From Pseudodonghicola sp. (GTDB taxonomy: Bacteria > Pseudomonadota > Alphaproteobacteria > Rhodobacterales > Rhodobacteraceae): a stretch of DNA of 64,000 nt. This document shows, piece after piece, positions 28,644-37,518 of the stretch. The stretch covers positions 160,046 through 224,045 of the forward strand of contig NZ_JBLWVT010000001.1 in assembly GCF_048268305.1 (NCBI RefSeq). The letters run 5' to 3'. The position numbers and the translations under genes were made by a program. The notes below the pieces were generated by a model that worked only from the letters and a program-made list of their open reading frames with translations, searched no databases and had not been told where the DNA came from. Within the stretch, counting starts at the first letter, position 1; each line of letters starts with the position of its first letter.

Positions 28644-29706
28644 GATCGAGGTTCTTTCGGGCGTCGGCGACAAGGGGCCGGCCTGTCTGCGGCTGACCCA
28701 TCAGGGTCGCGTCTGGCTGTTGGATTGCGGCCATGGGCCCGAGGCCAGCTCGCCCTTCGATCCGGCTTGGCTGGAGGGGGCGGATGCGGTTTTCATCACC
28801 CATGACCACGTCGATCATATCGGTGGTGCCGCCCATGCGATTGGTGCGGGCCTGCCGATCTATACAACCGCAATCACCGCGCGGTCGCTGCCGCCGGGGG
28901 CAGAGGTGCGCGAAATCCCGGTGGGCGGGCAGATCGAGATCGAGGGCGTGCGCCTGACGACGGGCCGCAACGGCCATGCCCTGGGCGGGGTCTGGTTCCA
29001 TTTCGATCTGAGCGGTGGCCTCTTCTATTCCGGCGACTGGTCGGAGGAATCCCATTGGTTCGGCTTTGACGAGCCGCCGGCGGCGGAAACCGCGCTGATC
29101 GACGCCTCCTATCACCTCGACGACGTGACCCAGGACCGGCGCAAGGCCGATCTGAACGCGCTGCTGCGCTGGCTGCCGGGCACCGTGCTGTTGCCGGTGC
29201 CGCCCTCGGGCCGGGCCGGAGAGCTGGCGCTGCACCTGATGGATCAGGGCGACGTGCGGCTGGACGACACCTGCCGCGATTTCGTCGCCCAGGCGCTGGC
29301 GGCGGGGCCTGCGGCGGGCATCGCCGACAGCGCCGGCGCGATCCGGCCGCTGTTGGACAAGCCCTTCGATCCGGCGGCGCGGTTCCTGATCTGCGACAAT
29401 CCCAACGCCGATGGCGGCATGGCCTGGACGCTGGTCAAGGCCGCCCGCGACGCCGGGAGGCTGGGCCAGGATTTCCATGTGGTCTTCACCGGCCATATGA
29501 CGGCACACGCCCGTGCCATCTGTGCCCATCCGGGTGGCCATTTCACCCGCTGGAACGTCCACCCGCCGTTGCGCGATCAGCTCGGGCTGGTGCGGCGGCT
29601 GGGGGCGAAACGCTATGCGCCGCTGTTCTGTACCCTGCCCGAGGAATATCTGGTGGTCGATCGCCCCGGCGCCGATGTCTTCTTTCATGAAAAGATCACC
29701 CTATGA
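28636..29706 (+). CDS. MBL-fold metallo-hydrolase with beta-CASP-like insertion
   Basis: ATG at 28636 (8-nt overlap with the ATPase gene). MBL motifs are LLDCGHG, ITHDHVDHIGG (HxHxDH), NGHALGG and YSGDW. These are followed by LIDASYH and VLLPVPPSGRAGELALHL, which resemble the ESTY / GR.QEL elements of beta-CASP nucleases. Confidence 0.75.
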   Translation: MAEIEVLSGVGDKGPACLRLTHQGRVWLLDCGHGPEASSPFDPAWLEGADAVFITHDHVDHIGGAAHAIGAGLPIYTTAITARSLPPGAEVREIPVGGQIEIEGVRLTTGRNGHALGGVWFHFDLSGGLFYSGDWSEESHWFGFDEPPAAETALIDASYHLDDVTQDRRKADLNALLRWLPGTVLLPVPPSGRAGELALHLMDQGDVRLDDTCRDFVAQALAAGPAAGIADSAGAIRPLLDKPFDPAARFLICDNPNADGGMAWTLVKAARDAGRLGQDFHVVFTGHMTAHARAICAHPGGHFTRWNVHPPLRDQLGLVRRLGAKRYAPLFCTLPEEYLVVDRPGADVFFHEKITL

Positions 29707-30263
29707 CACCGTTGCCCGATCGTGCCTTCATCCTCATCCGTCATGGCGAGACCGACGCCAACCGCGCCGGTGTGATCGCCGGCCGGATCGAGGCGCAACT
29801 GACTGACAAGGGCCGGGCCGAGGCGGCGGCGCTGGCGCGGCTGGACTGGCCGGCTGAGCCGCTGATCTTCGTCAGCCCGCAGGACCGGGCGCGCGAGACC
29901 GCCGCCTTGGGTTTCCCGGGGCGGGTGCCGCAGGTCGTTGACAGTCTGCGCGAACGCAATTGGGGTGTGTTGGAGGGGCGCCCCTTCGATGAAATGATCC
30001 CGCGCGAGGATACGCCCAAGGAGGGCGAGGCCTGGGCCGACATGCTGGCCCGGGTGCATGCGGCGCTGGTTGGCGCGCTGAGTGACCCGCGCGACGGGCT
30101 GCCGGTGCTGGTGGCCCATTCCGGCACCATCCGCGCCGTGCGTCGGCTCACCGGCGGCAGCGAACACGGGGCGCGCGCGGCTAATGCGACGCCCATCCTC
30201 TTTACCCCCGCCACAGGCATCTGGGTGGATCGCGTCTGGCAGGTTGCCGGCGTGGAAGACTGA
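29703..30263 (+). CDS. Histidine phosphatase (phosphoglycerate-mutase-like) family protein
   Basis: 186 aa. Catalytic RHGETDAN motif (ILIRHGETDANRAG) and a downstream SP..RA.ET and H (VAHSGTIRA). ATGA overlap with the MBL gene. Confidence 0.88.
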   Translation: MTPLPDRAFILIRHGETDANRAGVIAGRIEAQLTDKGRAEAAALARLDWPAEPLIFVSPQDRARETAALGFPGRVPQVVDSLRERNWGVLEGRPFDEMIPREDTPKEGEAWADMLARVHAALVGALSDPRDGLPVLVAHSGTIRAVRRLTGGSEHGARAANATPILFTPATGIWVDRVWQVAGVED

Positions 30264-30277
30264 CGAAAGGAAAGACA

Positions 30278-30724
30278 ATGGAATGCGTGGTTTTCGATAT
30301 TGATGGCACCCTGGCGCGATTTGATGCCGACCGGCTGGGCCATCTGGTCCATGGCGAGGACAAGCATTGGGACGCGTTTCACGACGCCATGCACGACACG
30401 GCGGTGATCGAACCGGTGGCGCGTCTGCTGAACAGGCTGCGGCAGTCGGGCGAGGGGATCGTCCTGTGCTCGGGGCGCCCGGCGGGCTGGCAGCACCGGA
30501 CCGAGGATTGGCTGGCGCGCGCCGGTCTTGCCTATGACGGCATCTATCTGCGTCCCGAAGGGGCGGACACCTGGTCGGATCCGGACGTGAAATCGCATCT
30601 GCTCGACAAGATGCGCGCCGATGGTTTCGCCCCCTGGCTGGTGGTCGACGACCGCAGCGCGGTGGTGGAGTTCTGGCGCAGCGCCGGCCTGGTCTGCCTG
30701 CAATGCGCGCCGGGCGATTTCTGA
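30278..30724 (+). CDS. HAD-superfamily phosphatase resembling the 3'-phosphatase domain of phage T4 polynucleotide kinase
   Basis: 148 aa. Motif I is VVFDIDGTL and motif II is LCSGR. The C-terminus VVDDRSAVVEFWRSAGLVCLQCAPGDF closely recalls, from memory, the T4 Pnk C-terminal ...DDR..VV.MWR..G..C.QV..GDF. Confidence 0.7.
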   Translation: MECVVFDIDGTLARFDADRLGHLVHGEDKHWDAFHDAMHDTAVIEPVARLLNRLRQSGEGIVLCSGRPAGWQHRTEDWLARAGLAYDGIYLRPEGADTWSDPDVKSHLLDKMRADGFAPWLVVDDRSAVVEFWRSAGLVCLQCAPGDF

Positions 30725-30727
30725 GGC

Positions 30728-31630
30728 TCAGAGCACCGAACAAATCCGCTCGGTCAGTGAGGCGACGTGCTGCGCCGCCTCCGACAGCGGCACATGGCGG
30801 CGGGTGATCAGACCCATCTGGATCGGCGGCGGCAGCTCCTGATCGGCGCGCAGGATCACCCGGCGCAACCCGCCCGGTTCCAGATTCTGGGTCAGCATCG
30901 GCTCGGGTGCCAGCATGATCAGATCGGAATGCCCGCCCAGCACCGTCAGCAGATAGGGCGAGCGGCAGAGCGTCGGCGGATGGTGGGGCCGGATGCCGCG
31001 CCGTGCCAGCCAGTCCATCACCCGCTGATCGACACTGTTGACGCCGGGATGCAGCGCCCAGAACCGTTCAGCCAGGTCTTCCCAGGTGACAGACTCGGTC
31101 ACCTGGGCGCCGGCCCCCACCGTGGGCACCATGCGGATCGCGGTGAAGGGGCGGAACACCATGTCCGATGTCAGCATGTCCGGATAGCCGAAGGTCACCG
31201 CGAAATCGAGCCGCCCTTCGAGGATCAGCGGTAGCGCGTGGTCGACCATGCCGAGATCGACGTCGAGCTGCCCGTCTGGATAGCGGCGATGGAAATCCTG
31301 CACGATGCGGTGCAGCCCCAGCGTGGCGACCAGCGGGGTGAGGGCGAAGCACACCCGCGCCTGTCCCTGACCGTTCAGGCGGCGCACCTCGTCGCGGGCG
31401 CGGTCCAGCGTCGCCATCACCAGCCGGGCGTGGGACAGCAGGCTCTGGCCCGAGGGGGTGAAGCGGGTGCCGTCGACCCGCCGTTCGAACAGCTTGGCGC
31501 CGACGTCCTCCTCAAGCTCGCGCAGGGCGCGGGTCACCGCGCTCTGGCTCAGGTTCAGCTCGCGCGCGGCGCCGCGGATCGACCCGGTGGAGGAGAGCGC
31601 CAGCAGCGCCTTGAACTGTCCCAATCGCAT
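30728..31630 (-). CDS. LysR-family transcriptional regulator
   Basis: The start is taken at ATG 31630: MRLGQFKALLALSSTGSIRGAARELNLSQSAVTRALRELEEDVGAKLFERR. It is divergent from the M20 amidohydrolase gene. Confidence 0.9.
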   Translation of the reverse strand: MRLGQFKALLALSSTGSIRGAARELNLSQSAVTRALRELEEDVGAKLFERRVDGTRFTPSGQSLLSHARLVMATLDRARDEVRRLNGQGQARVCFALTPLVATLGLHRIVQDFHRRYPDGQLDVDLGMVDHALPLILEGRLDFAVTFGYPDMLTSDMVFRPFTAIRMVPTVGAGAQVTESVTWEDLAERFWALHPGVNSVDQRVMDWLARRGIRPHHPPTLCRSPYLLTVLGGHSDLIMLAPEPMLTQNLEPGGLRRVILRADQELPPPIQMGLITRRHVPLSEAAQHVASLTERICSVL

Positions 31631-31713
31631 GAAATCACCCTGACCACGAATGGTTGTCACCAGACCTGATTTACTGTCTGGGAGAGGGGAGGGAAACCAA
31701 TAAGCTCCTATCC

Positions 31714-32940
31714 ATGGATAGATTGACCTCACAAGAACAGCCCAACGCGGATGCGATGACGGAATGGCGGCAATATCTGCATGCCCATGCCGAAGTCGGT
31801 CACGATCTTTTTGAAACCAGCGCCTATGTGGCCGACCGGCTTGAGGAAATGGGGCTCGACGTCACCCGCAACGTGGGTGGAACCGGCGTCGTGGCCCGGA
31901 TCGAGCTGGGCAATCCCGGCAAGGGGCCGCAGCTTGGCCTGCGCGCCGACATGGATGCCCTGCCGATGCAGGAGCTGACCGGCCTGCCGCATGCCTCGAA
32001 GAACCCGGGCGCCATGCATGCCTGCGGTCATGACGGGCACAGCGCCATGCTGTTGGGGGCGGCGGATCTGATCCAGCGCCGCATCCGGTCGGGCCAGATC
32101 ACCGGCGACGGCGCCATCACTTTCATCTTCCAGCCCGCCGAAGAGGTTGGCGGCGACGACAGCGGCGCTCAGCGGATGATCCGCGACGGTCTGTTCGACC
32201 GCTTCCCGATGACCGAGGTTTACGGGCTGCACAACGCGCCGCTCGACGAGGCGGGCGTGATGTACTTCCGCCACGGGCCGCTCCTGTGTTCCTCGGAACG
32301 GGTGGAGATCACCATCCACGGCAAGCAGAGCCATGGCGCCACCCTGCATCTGGCCAAGGACGCGACGCTGGCCATGGCCTCGATGATCGTGTCGTTGAAC
32401 ACGCTGGTGACCCAGGATGTGCCGCCGCTGGAGACCGGTATCTTCAATATCGGCGAGGCGCATTCCGGCACCACCTATAACGTGATCTCGGCCGAGGCGA
32501 AGATCGACGGCTGCCTGCGGGTCTATCTGCCCGAAGTGGCCGAGACCCTGCGCCAGCGCATCCGCGAGATCGTGGAGTTCAGCGCCAAGACCTTCGGCTG
32601 CACTGCCGAGGTTCAGATCGGCCCGGGCTATCCGGCGGTGATCAACGACGACCGGCTGTTGGACTATGCCATCGACAGTGCCACCCGCCTGTTCGGTGCC
32701 GATCGGGTCACCACTGAATCCTCCCGCATCACCGCGGGCGAGGATTTCTCCTTCTACCAGCAGCACGCGCCGGGGGCTTTCGCCACCATCGGCAATGGGG
32801 ACAACGGCTGGAAGGACGGCAAGCACATCGGCCCCTGCGCCGTGCACAGCCCCTATTTCGACTTCAACGATGCTGTGCTTCCGACGGGGGCCTCCTATTG
32901 GGCGGCGCTGGTCGAGGATCGGCTGAAAGCCGGCGTCTGA
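31714..32940 (+). CDS. M20-family amidohydrolase (hippurate hydrolase/aminoacylase-like, M20D)
   Basis: ATG at 31714. WRQYLHAHAEVGHDLFETS...LRADMDALPM...MHACGHDGH are M20D metal-ligand motifs. Confidence 0.88.
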   Translation: MDRLTSQEQPNADAMTEWRQYLHAHAEVGHDLFETSAYVADRLEEMGLDVTRNVGGTGVVARIELGNPGKGPQLGLRADMDALPMQELTGLPHASKNPGAMHACGHDGHSAMLLGAADLIQRRIRSGQITGDGAITFIFQPAEEVGGDDSGAQRMIRDGLFDRFPMTEVYGLHNAPLDEAGVMYFRHGPLLCSSERVEITIHGKQSHGATLHLAKDATLAMASMIVSLNTLVTQDVPPLETGIFNIGEAHSGTTYNVISAEAKIDGCLRVYLPEVAETLRQRIREIVEFSAKTFGCTAEVQIGPGYPAVINDDRLLDYAIDSATRLFGADRVTTESSRITAGEDFSFYQQHAPGAFATIGNGDNGWKDGKHIGPCAVHSPYFDFNDAVLPTGASYWAALVEDRLKAGV

Positions 32941-32952
32941 TACTCCCCCCTG

Positions 32953-32994
32953 CCGCCCGTGTCCTTGCATCCAAGGCACGGGCGGGTTTTGTTT
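32953..32994 (+). terminator. Rho-independent-type terminator after the M20 gene
   Basis: CCGCCCGTG (15-nt loop) CACGGGCGG followed by GTTTTGTTT, starting 13 nt after the stop. Confidence 0.6.
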
Positions 32995-33026
32995 CGATCC
33001 CGAAACCACGTGAGAGGAACATTCGG

Positions 33027-33500
33027 ATGGCTTCGGATTTCCCTGCCGATTGTCTGCGCCTGCTGCCCTGTTGGGAGGCCTATGTCGATATCGCCCCGAC
33101 CCGGGTCCATGGGCCGGGGCCCTTTGGCGTGCGCAACGTGGTGCCGATCACCGGCGGCCGGTTCAAGGGCCAGTTGGCACCCGAGACGGCGGCGCCGCAA
33201 CCCTTCGAAGGGGTGGTTCTGCCCGGTGGCTTCGATCTCCAGCGCGAACGCCCCGACGGGCTGAAGGAGCTTGAGGCGATCTATCACATGCAGGCGAGTG
33301 ACGGCTCGCTGATCGAGATCCGCAATTATGCGCTGCTGTCCTATGCGCCGGGCGGCGGGCTGGAGTATTCCCGGTCCCGCATCTTCGTCGAGGCGCCGGA
33401 CGGCCCCTGCGCCTGGCTGAACACCCGGGTCTTCGTCGGGTCGGTCGAGGTGGTGCGTCCGCAGGATCAGGTGCTGATCCGGTCCTTCGTCGTGGTCTGA
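33027..33500 (+). CDS. DUF3237-family protein
   Basis: ATG at 33027 with GAGAGGA upstream. GVRNVVPITGGRFKG...GGFDLQRERPDG...LEAIYHMQASDGSLIEIRN...TRVFVGS fits the DUF3237 beta-barrel family as I recall it. Confidence 0.65.
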   Translation: MASDFPADCLRLLPCWEAYVDIAPTRVHGPGPFGVRNVVPITGGRFKGQLAPETAAPQPFEGVVLPGGFDLQRERPDGLKELEAIYHMQASDGSLIEIRNYALLSYAPGGGLEYSRSRIFVEAPDGPCAWLNTRVFVGSVEVVRPQDQVLIRSFVVV

Positions 33501-33548
33501 ACGACCGGGCGACAGGCTCGGTCAGAGGGTGCCCTGAGCGCAAAAGAA

Positions 33549-33574
33549 ATGCGCCCACCGGAAGGTGGGCGCAT
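33549..33574 (-). terminator. Intrinsic terminator between convergent genes (best oriented for the minus-strand amidase operon)
   Basis: ATGCGCCCACC ggaa GGTGGGCGCAT. On the minus strand the stem is followed by TTCTTTTG. Confidence 0.6.
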
Positions 33575-33600
33575 CCGGGGCGAGGGCCCATGTTGCAAGA

Positions 33601-35019
33601 TCAGCCGCGCGGGTCGATCGGCAGGGTCGCCCCGATGGCGCGTTCCAGCACCGCGCCGGCCTCGAGCAGACGGCGATCGCCATAGCGGTCCGAGATCAGC
33701 TGAACCCCCATCGGCACGCCAGGCACGGTGCCCACCGGCACCGACAGGCCGGGCAGCCCCAGCGTCGGCGTGCCCATCATCGGCCCATGGGCGCGGAAGA
33801 ACCAGTCGGAGTCGGTTCCGTCGATCACATCCAGATCGTCCAGATAGGGTTTGATCCAGGTCATCGCCGTCAGCACGATGGGATAATCGACGAAGAACAT
33901 CTGCCACTGCCTGAGCAGGGTGGAGCGTTTGGCGAAGGCCTGCAGGAATTCCTCCCGCCCCTCGATCACCGGCACGCCTTCGAGCATCAGCTCCATGGAT
34001 TTCTTCAGCTTCTCGTCGCCGTTCTTCAGCATCAGCTGATAAAGTCCGCCGCGCATCTCGTTGCCGAGGATCAGCCGCCAGAACATCATCGCCTCGTGGA
34101 ACGAGGGCGTCTGAACCTCTTCGACCTGATAGCCGGCCTCGGCCAGGATCGCGCCGGCCTGGCGGATCGCGGCGGTGACCTCGGGGTCGACCTGGCTGTC
34201 GTCGGTCTCGGCCAGCATGGCGACCTTGCAGGGGCGATGGGTCAGCGGCGCGTCGAACATGGTGCTGAGCGGCACCTGCCAGATGTCGCGCGGATCGGGC
34301 TGGGCCAGCGCCTGCATGGTGATCCGGATATCTTCGATCGAGCGCGCCAGCGGCCCCTGGACCGAGGCCATCTGCGACACGATCGGCCGTTCGGCCAATT
34401 GGCTGGGGTTATAGGCCGGGGTGATGCCGGCGGTCGGGCGCAGCCCGTAGATGCCGCAGCAATAGGCCGGATAGCGCACCGATCCGCCGATGTCGTTGCC
34501 ATGCCCCATGGCGCCGATCCCCGCTGCGGTGGCCGATCCGGCACCGCCGGAGGATCCGCCGGGGGTCAGCGTCTTGTCATGCGGGTTATAGGTATGGCCG
34601 TGCAGGTCGTTGTTGGTGCAGCCGCGCATCGAATAGCAGGGCGTATTGGTCCGCCCGATGATCACCGCGCCCGAGGCCTTGAGGTTCCTGACCACCGAGC
34701 CGTCCTCGGGGGCGATCAGATCCTTGTAGGCGACCACCCCGTTGGTGGTGGCGCGGCCCTTGTAGTCGACGTTGATCTTCACCGTGATCGGCACACCGTG
34801 CAGCGGCCCGCGTGGGCCCGAGGTCTTCAGCTCGGCATCGGCGGCGCGGGCGGCCTCCATCGCCTGCTCCGGCAACGGGTCGACCACCGCGTTGATCGGG
34901 CCGTTCACCGCCTCCATCCGTGCCAGCGCGCTTTCGGTCGCCTCGACACTGCTGATCCGGCCGGCGCTGATCGCGTCAGCCAGTTCGCTGGCGGTCCAGG
35001 CCCAAAGTTCCGTGCTCAT
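33601..35019 (-). CDS. Amidase (amidase-signature family)
   Basis: 472 aa. The AS motif GGSSGGAGSATAAG with upstream LHGVPITVK and the downstream GNDIGGSVRYPA match the Ser-cisSer-Lys catalytic triad context. Confidence 0.92.
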   Translation of the reverse strand: MSTELWAWTASELADAISAGRISSVEATESALARMEAVNGPINAVVDPLPEQAMEAARAADAELKTSGPRGPLHGVPITVKINVDYKGRATTNGVVAYKDLIAPEDGSVVRNLKASGAVIIGRTNTPCYSMRGCTNNDLHGHTYNPHDKTLTPGGSSGGAGSATAAGIGAMGHGNDIGGSVRYPAYCCGIYGLRPTAGITPAYNPSQLAERPIVSQMASVQGPLARSIEDIRITMQALAQPDPRDIWQVPLSTMFDAPLTHRPCKVAMLAETDDSQVDPEVTAAIRQAGAILAEAGYQVEEVQTPSFHEAMMFWRLILGNEMRGGLYQLMLKNGDEKLKKSMELMLEGVPVIEGREEFLQAFAKRSTLLRQWQMFFVDYPIVLTAMTWIKPYLDDLDVIDGTDSDWFFRAHGPMMGTPTLGLPGLSVPVGTVPGVPMGVQLISDRYGDRRLLEAGAVLERAIGATLPIDPRG

Positions 35020-35048
35020 GTGTTTTCCTTTTCCCTGTTGTCTGTCTT

Positions 35049-36674
35049 CTATCTCGTGGCGGCGGCCTGCTGACGCGCGAAGAACTCCCGCCCCGGGACC
35101 GAGGCGAGCAGCCGCCGGGTATAGGGATCCTTCGGATCGTCGAAGAGAGCCTCTGCTGTATTGGCCTCGACGATGCGGCCGGTCTGCATGACGATGATCC
35201 TGTCCGCGATCTCGCGCGCGACGCGCAGGTCGTGGGTGATGAAGAGCATCGACAGGCCCATTTCTGCCTTGAGATCGCTGAGCAGGTCCAGCACCTGGCT
35301 TTGTACCGAGACGTCGAGCGCCGAGACCGCCTCATCGGCGATCACCAGATCGGGTTTCATGATCAGGGCGCGGGCAATGCAGATGCGTTGCCGCTGGCCG
35401 CCGGAGAATTCATGCGGATAGCGGTCGAAGGCGGCAGGCGTCAGCCCGACCCGGTCGAGCCATTGGCGCGCCTCGGCCTCGGCCTCCTCTCGGGGCGTGC
35501 CGAAGATCATCGGGCCGCGGGCGATGCTGTCGCCCACCTTGATGCGCGGATCGAGGCTGGCATAGGGGTCCTGGAACACGATCTGGGCGCGCCGGCGGTA
35601 TTGCCGCAGCGCCTCGCGCCCCATGCCGCGGACGTTGTGCCCCTGCCAGAGGATGGCGCCCTCATCGGCCTCGATCAGCCTCAGCACCATCCGTGCCAGC
35701 GTCGACTTGCCCGAGCCGCTTTCGCCGACCACCGCCAGGGTTTCGCCCTCGCGCAGGGTCAGATCCAGCGTTTCCGCCGCCCGCACCCGGCGGGGCGGCG
35801 CGAAGAGGCCCTGGCGGGTGACGAATTCCTTCTCCAGCGCCTTCACCTCAAGCAGCGGTTTCGCATGGCTCAGCGTGGCGCGCGCGGCACCCCGGCCGGG
35901 TACCGCATCCATCAGCATCCGGGTATAGGCTTGCGTCGGCGCATGCAGCACCTCGGCCGCCGGGCCCTGTTCCATAACCTCGCCCTGTTTCAGCACAACG
36001 ACCTTGTCGGCGATATCGGCGACCACGCCGATGTCATGGGTGATGAACAAAACCCCCATGCCGCGGCTTTCCTGCAGCGACTTGATCAGATCGAGGATCT
36101 GCCGCTGGGTGGTGACGTCGAGCGCGGTGGTGGGCTCATCCGCGATCAGCAGCTTCGGGTTGTTCGACAGCGCCATGGCGATCATCACCCGCTGCCGCTG
36201 GCCGCCCGAAAGCTGGAAGGGATAGGCTTTCCTGAGCCGCGCCGGATCGGGCAGGCCGACCTGGGTGAACAGCTCCTCCACCCGGGCGGTCATCGCCTGC
36301 GCCGGGGTGGCGGGCGCATGAACGCGGATCGCCTCGGCCACCTGATCGCCGACCTTCTTCAAGGGATTGAGCGCGGTCAGCGGCTCCTGGAAGATCATCG
36401 CGATGTCACCGCCGCGCAGCGCCATCATCTCGGGCTTGGTCAATTGCAGCAAGTCGTGGCCGCCAAAGCCCAGCCGGCCGCCGTCGGGGCGCACCTTGGG
36501 CGGCAGCAGGCCCAGGATCGCATGGGCGATCATCGACTTGCCCGAGCCGCTCTCGCCCACCAGACAGACGATTTCATTCGGGTTGATGTCGAAGCTGACC
36601 TTCGACACCGCGTGTTTGCGATCGGCCCCCGCGGGCAGCGCGATCGACAGGTTTTCGACTGAGAGCAGGCTCAT
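35049..36674 (-). CDS. Peptide/opine/nickel-type ABC transporter ATP-binding protein, fused double ATPase (DppD-DppF-like)
   Basis: The start is taken at ATG 36674. Two Walker A motifs (GESGSGKS twice), two LSGGQRQR signatures, and the C-terminal oligopeptide-ABC motif. Confidence 0.92.
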   Translation of the reverse strand: MSLLSVENLSIALPAGADRKHAVSKVSFDINPNEIVCLVGESGSGKSMIAHAILGLLPPKVRPDGGRLGFGGHDLLQLTKPEMMALRGGDIAMIFQEPLTALNPLKKVGDQVAEAIRVHAPATPAQAMTARVEELFTQVGLPDPARLRKAYPFQLSGGQRQRVMIAMALSNNPKLLIADEPTTALDVTTQRQILDLIKSLQESRGMGVLFITHDIGVVADIADKVVVLKQGEVMEQGPAAEVLHAPTQAYTRMLMDAVPGRGAARATLSHAKPLLEVKALEKEFVTRQGLFAPPRRVRAAETLDLTLREGETLAVVGESGSGKSTLARMVLRLIEADEGAILWQGHNVRGMGREALRQYRRRAQIVFQDPYASLDPRIKVGDSIARGPMIFGTPREEAEAEARQWLDRVGLTPAAFDRYPHEFSGGQRQRICIARALIMKPDLVIADEAVSALDVSVQSQVLDLLSDLKAEMGLSMLFITHDLRVAREIADRIIVMQTGRIVEANTAEALFDDPKDPYTRRLLASVPGREFFARQQAAATR

Positions 36675-37501
36675 GCGCGGGCAATCCTCGGGTTCAGGGC
36701 GTCGTTCAGCGCCTCGCCCACCAGGTTGATGGCGACGACGGTGGTCAGGATGGCGAGGCCGGGAAAGACGCTCATCCACCAGGCCTGGCGGATCACAGTG
36801 CGGCCGGCACCGACCATATAGCCCCAGCTCATGAAGTTGGGGTCACCGAGGCCCATGAAGCTCAAGGCCGCCTCGATCAGGATGGCGGTCGCCACCGTCA
36901 TCGAGGCGGTGACGATGATCGGAGAGATGGCGTTCGGCAGCACGTGGCGCAGCAGCACCGACAGCCCCGATTGCCCCTGGCAGCGCGCCGCCTGGACGAA
37001 TTCGCGCTGCGCTACCGATTTCACCTGCGCCCGGGTCAGACGGGCCAGCGGCGGCCAGCTGACGATGCCGATGGCCAGGATCACCGTCCAGATCGACGGC
37101 GTCATGATCGCCACCAAGAGGATGGCGAGAACGAAGTTGGGGATGGTCTGGAACACCTCGGTGGCGCGCACGATCAGCGTGTCGACGACCGGTCCGGAGA
37201 AACCGGCGAGCGCGCCGAGGGTCACCCCGATCAGCACCGCGGCGAGCGTCGAGGCGACGCCGATCAGCAGCGACACCCGCGCCCCGTGCATCACGCCCGA
37301 GGCGATATCGCGGCCCAAAGTGTCCGATCCCAGCAGCATGCCGCCTTCGCCCGGATGGGCGAAGGGCATGCCAGCCATGTCCCAGGGCGAGCCGGGGTAG
37401 ATCACCGGGGCCAGCGCCGCCATCAGGCAGACCAGCGCCAGCAGCGTCAGCCCGACGACGCCCGCCGGGCGCCGCAGGAAGGTTTTCAAGGTCTGGTTCA
37501 T
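36671..37501 (-). CDS. ABC transporter permease (DppC-like)
   Basis: 276 aa, MetI-like permease with a conserved N-terminal helix. Its stop overlaps the ATPase gene start (ATGA). Confidence 0.9.
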   Translation of the reverse strand: MNQTLKTFLRRPAGVVGLTLLALVCLMAALAPVIYPGSPWDMAGMPFAHPGEGGMLLGSDTLGRDIASGVMHGARVSLLIGVASTLAAVLIGVTLGALAGFSGPVVDTLIVRATEVFQTIPNFVLAILLVAIMTPSIWTVILAIGIVSWPPLARLTRAQVKSVAQREFVQAARCQGQSGLSVLLRHVLPNAISPIIVTASMTVATAILIEAALSFMGLGDPNFMSWGYMVGAGRTVIRQAWWMSVFPGLAILTTVVAINLVGEALNDALNPRIARA

Positions 37502-37518
37502 CAGGTCTTTCTCCGGGC

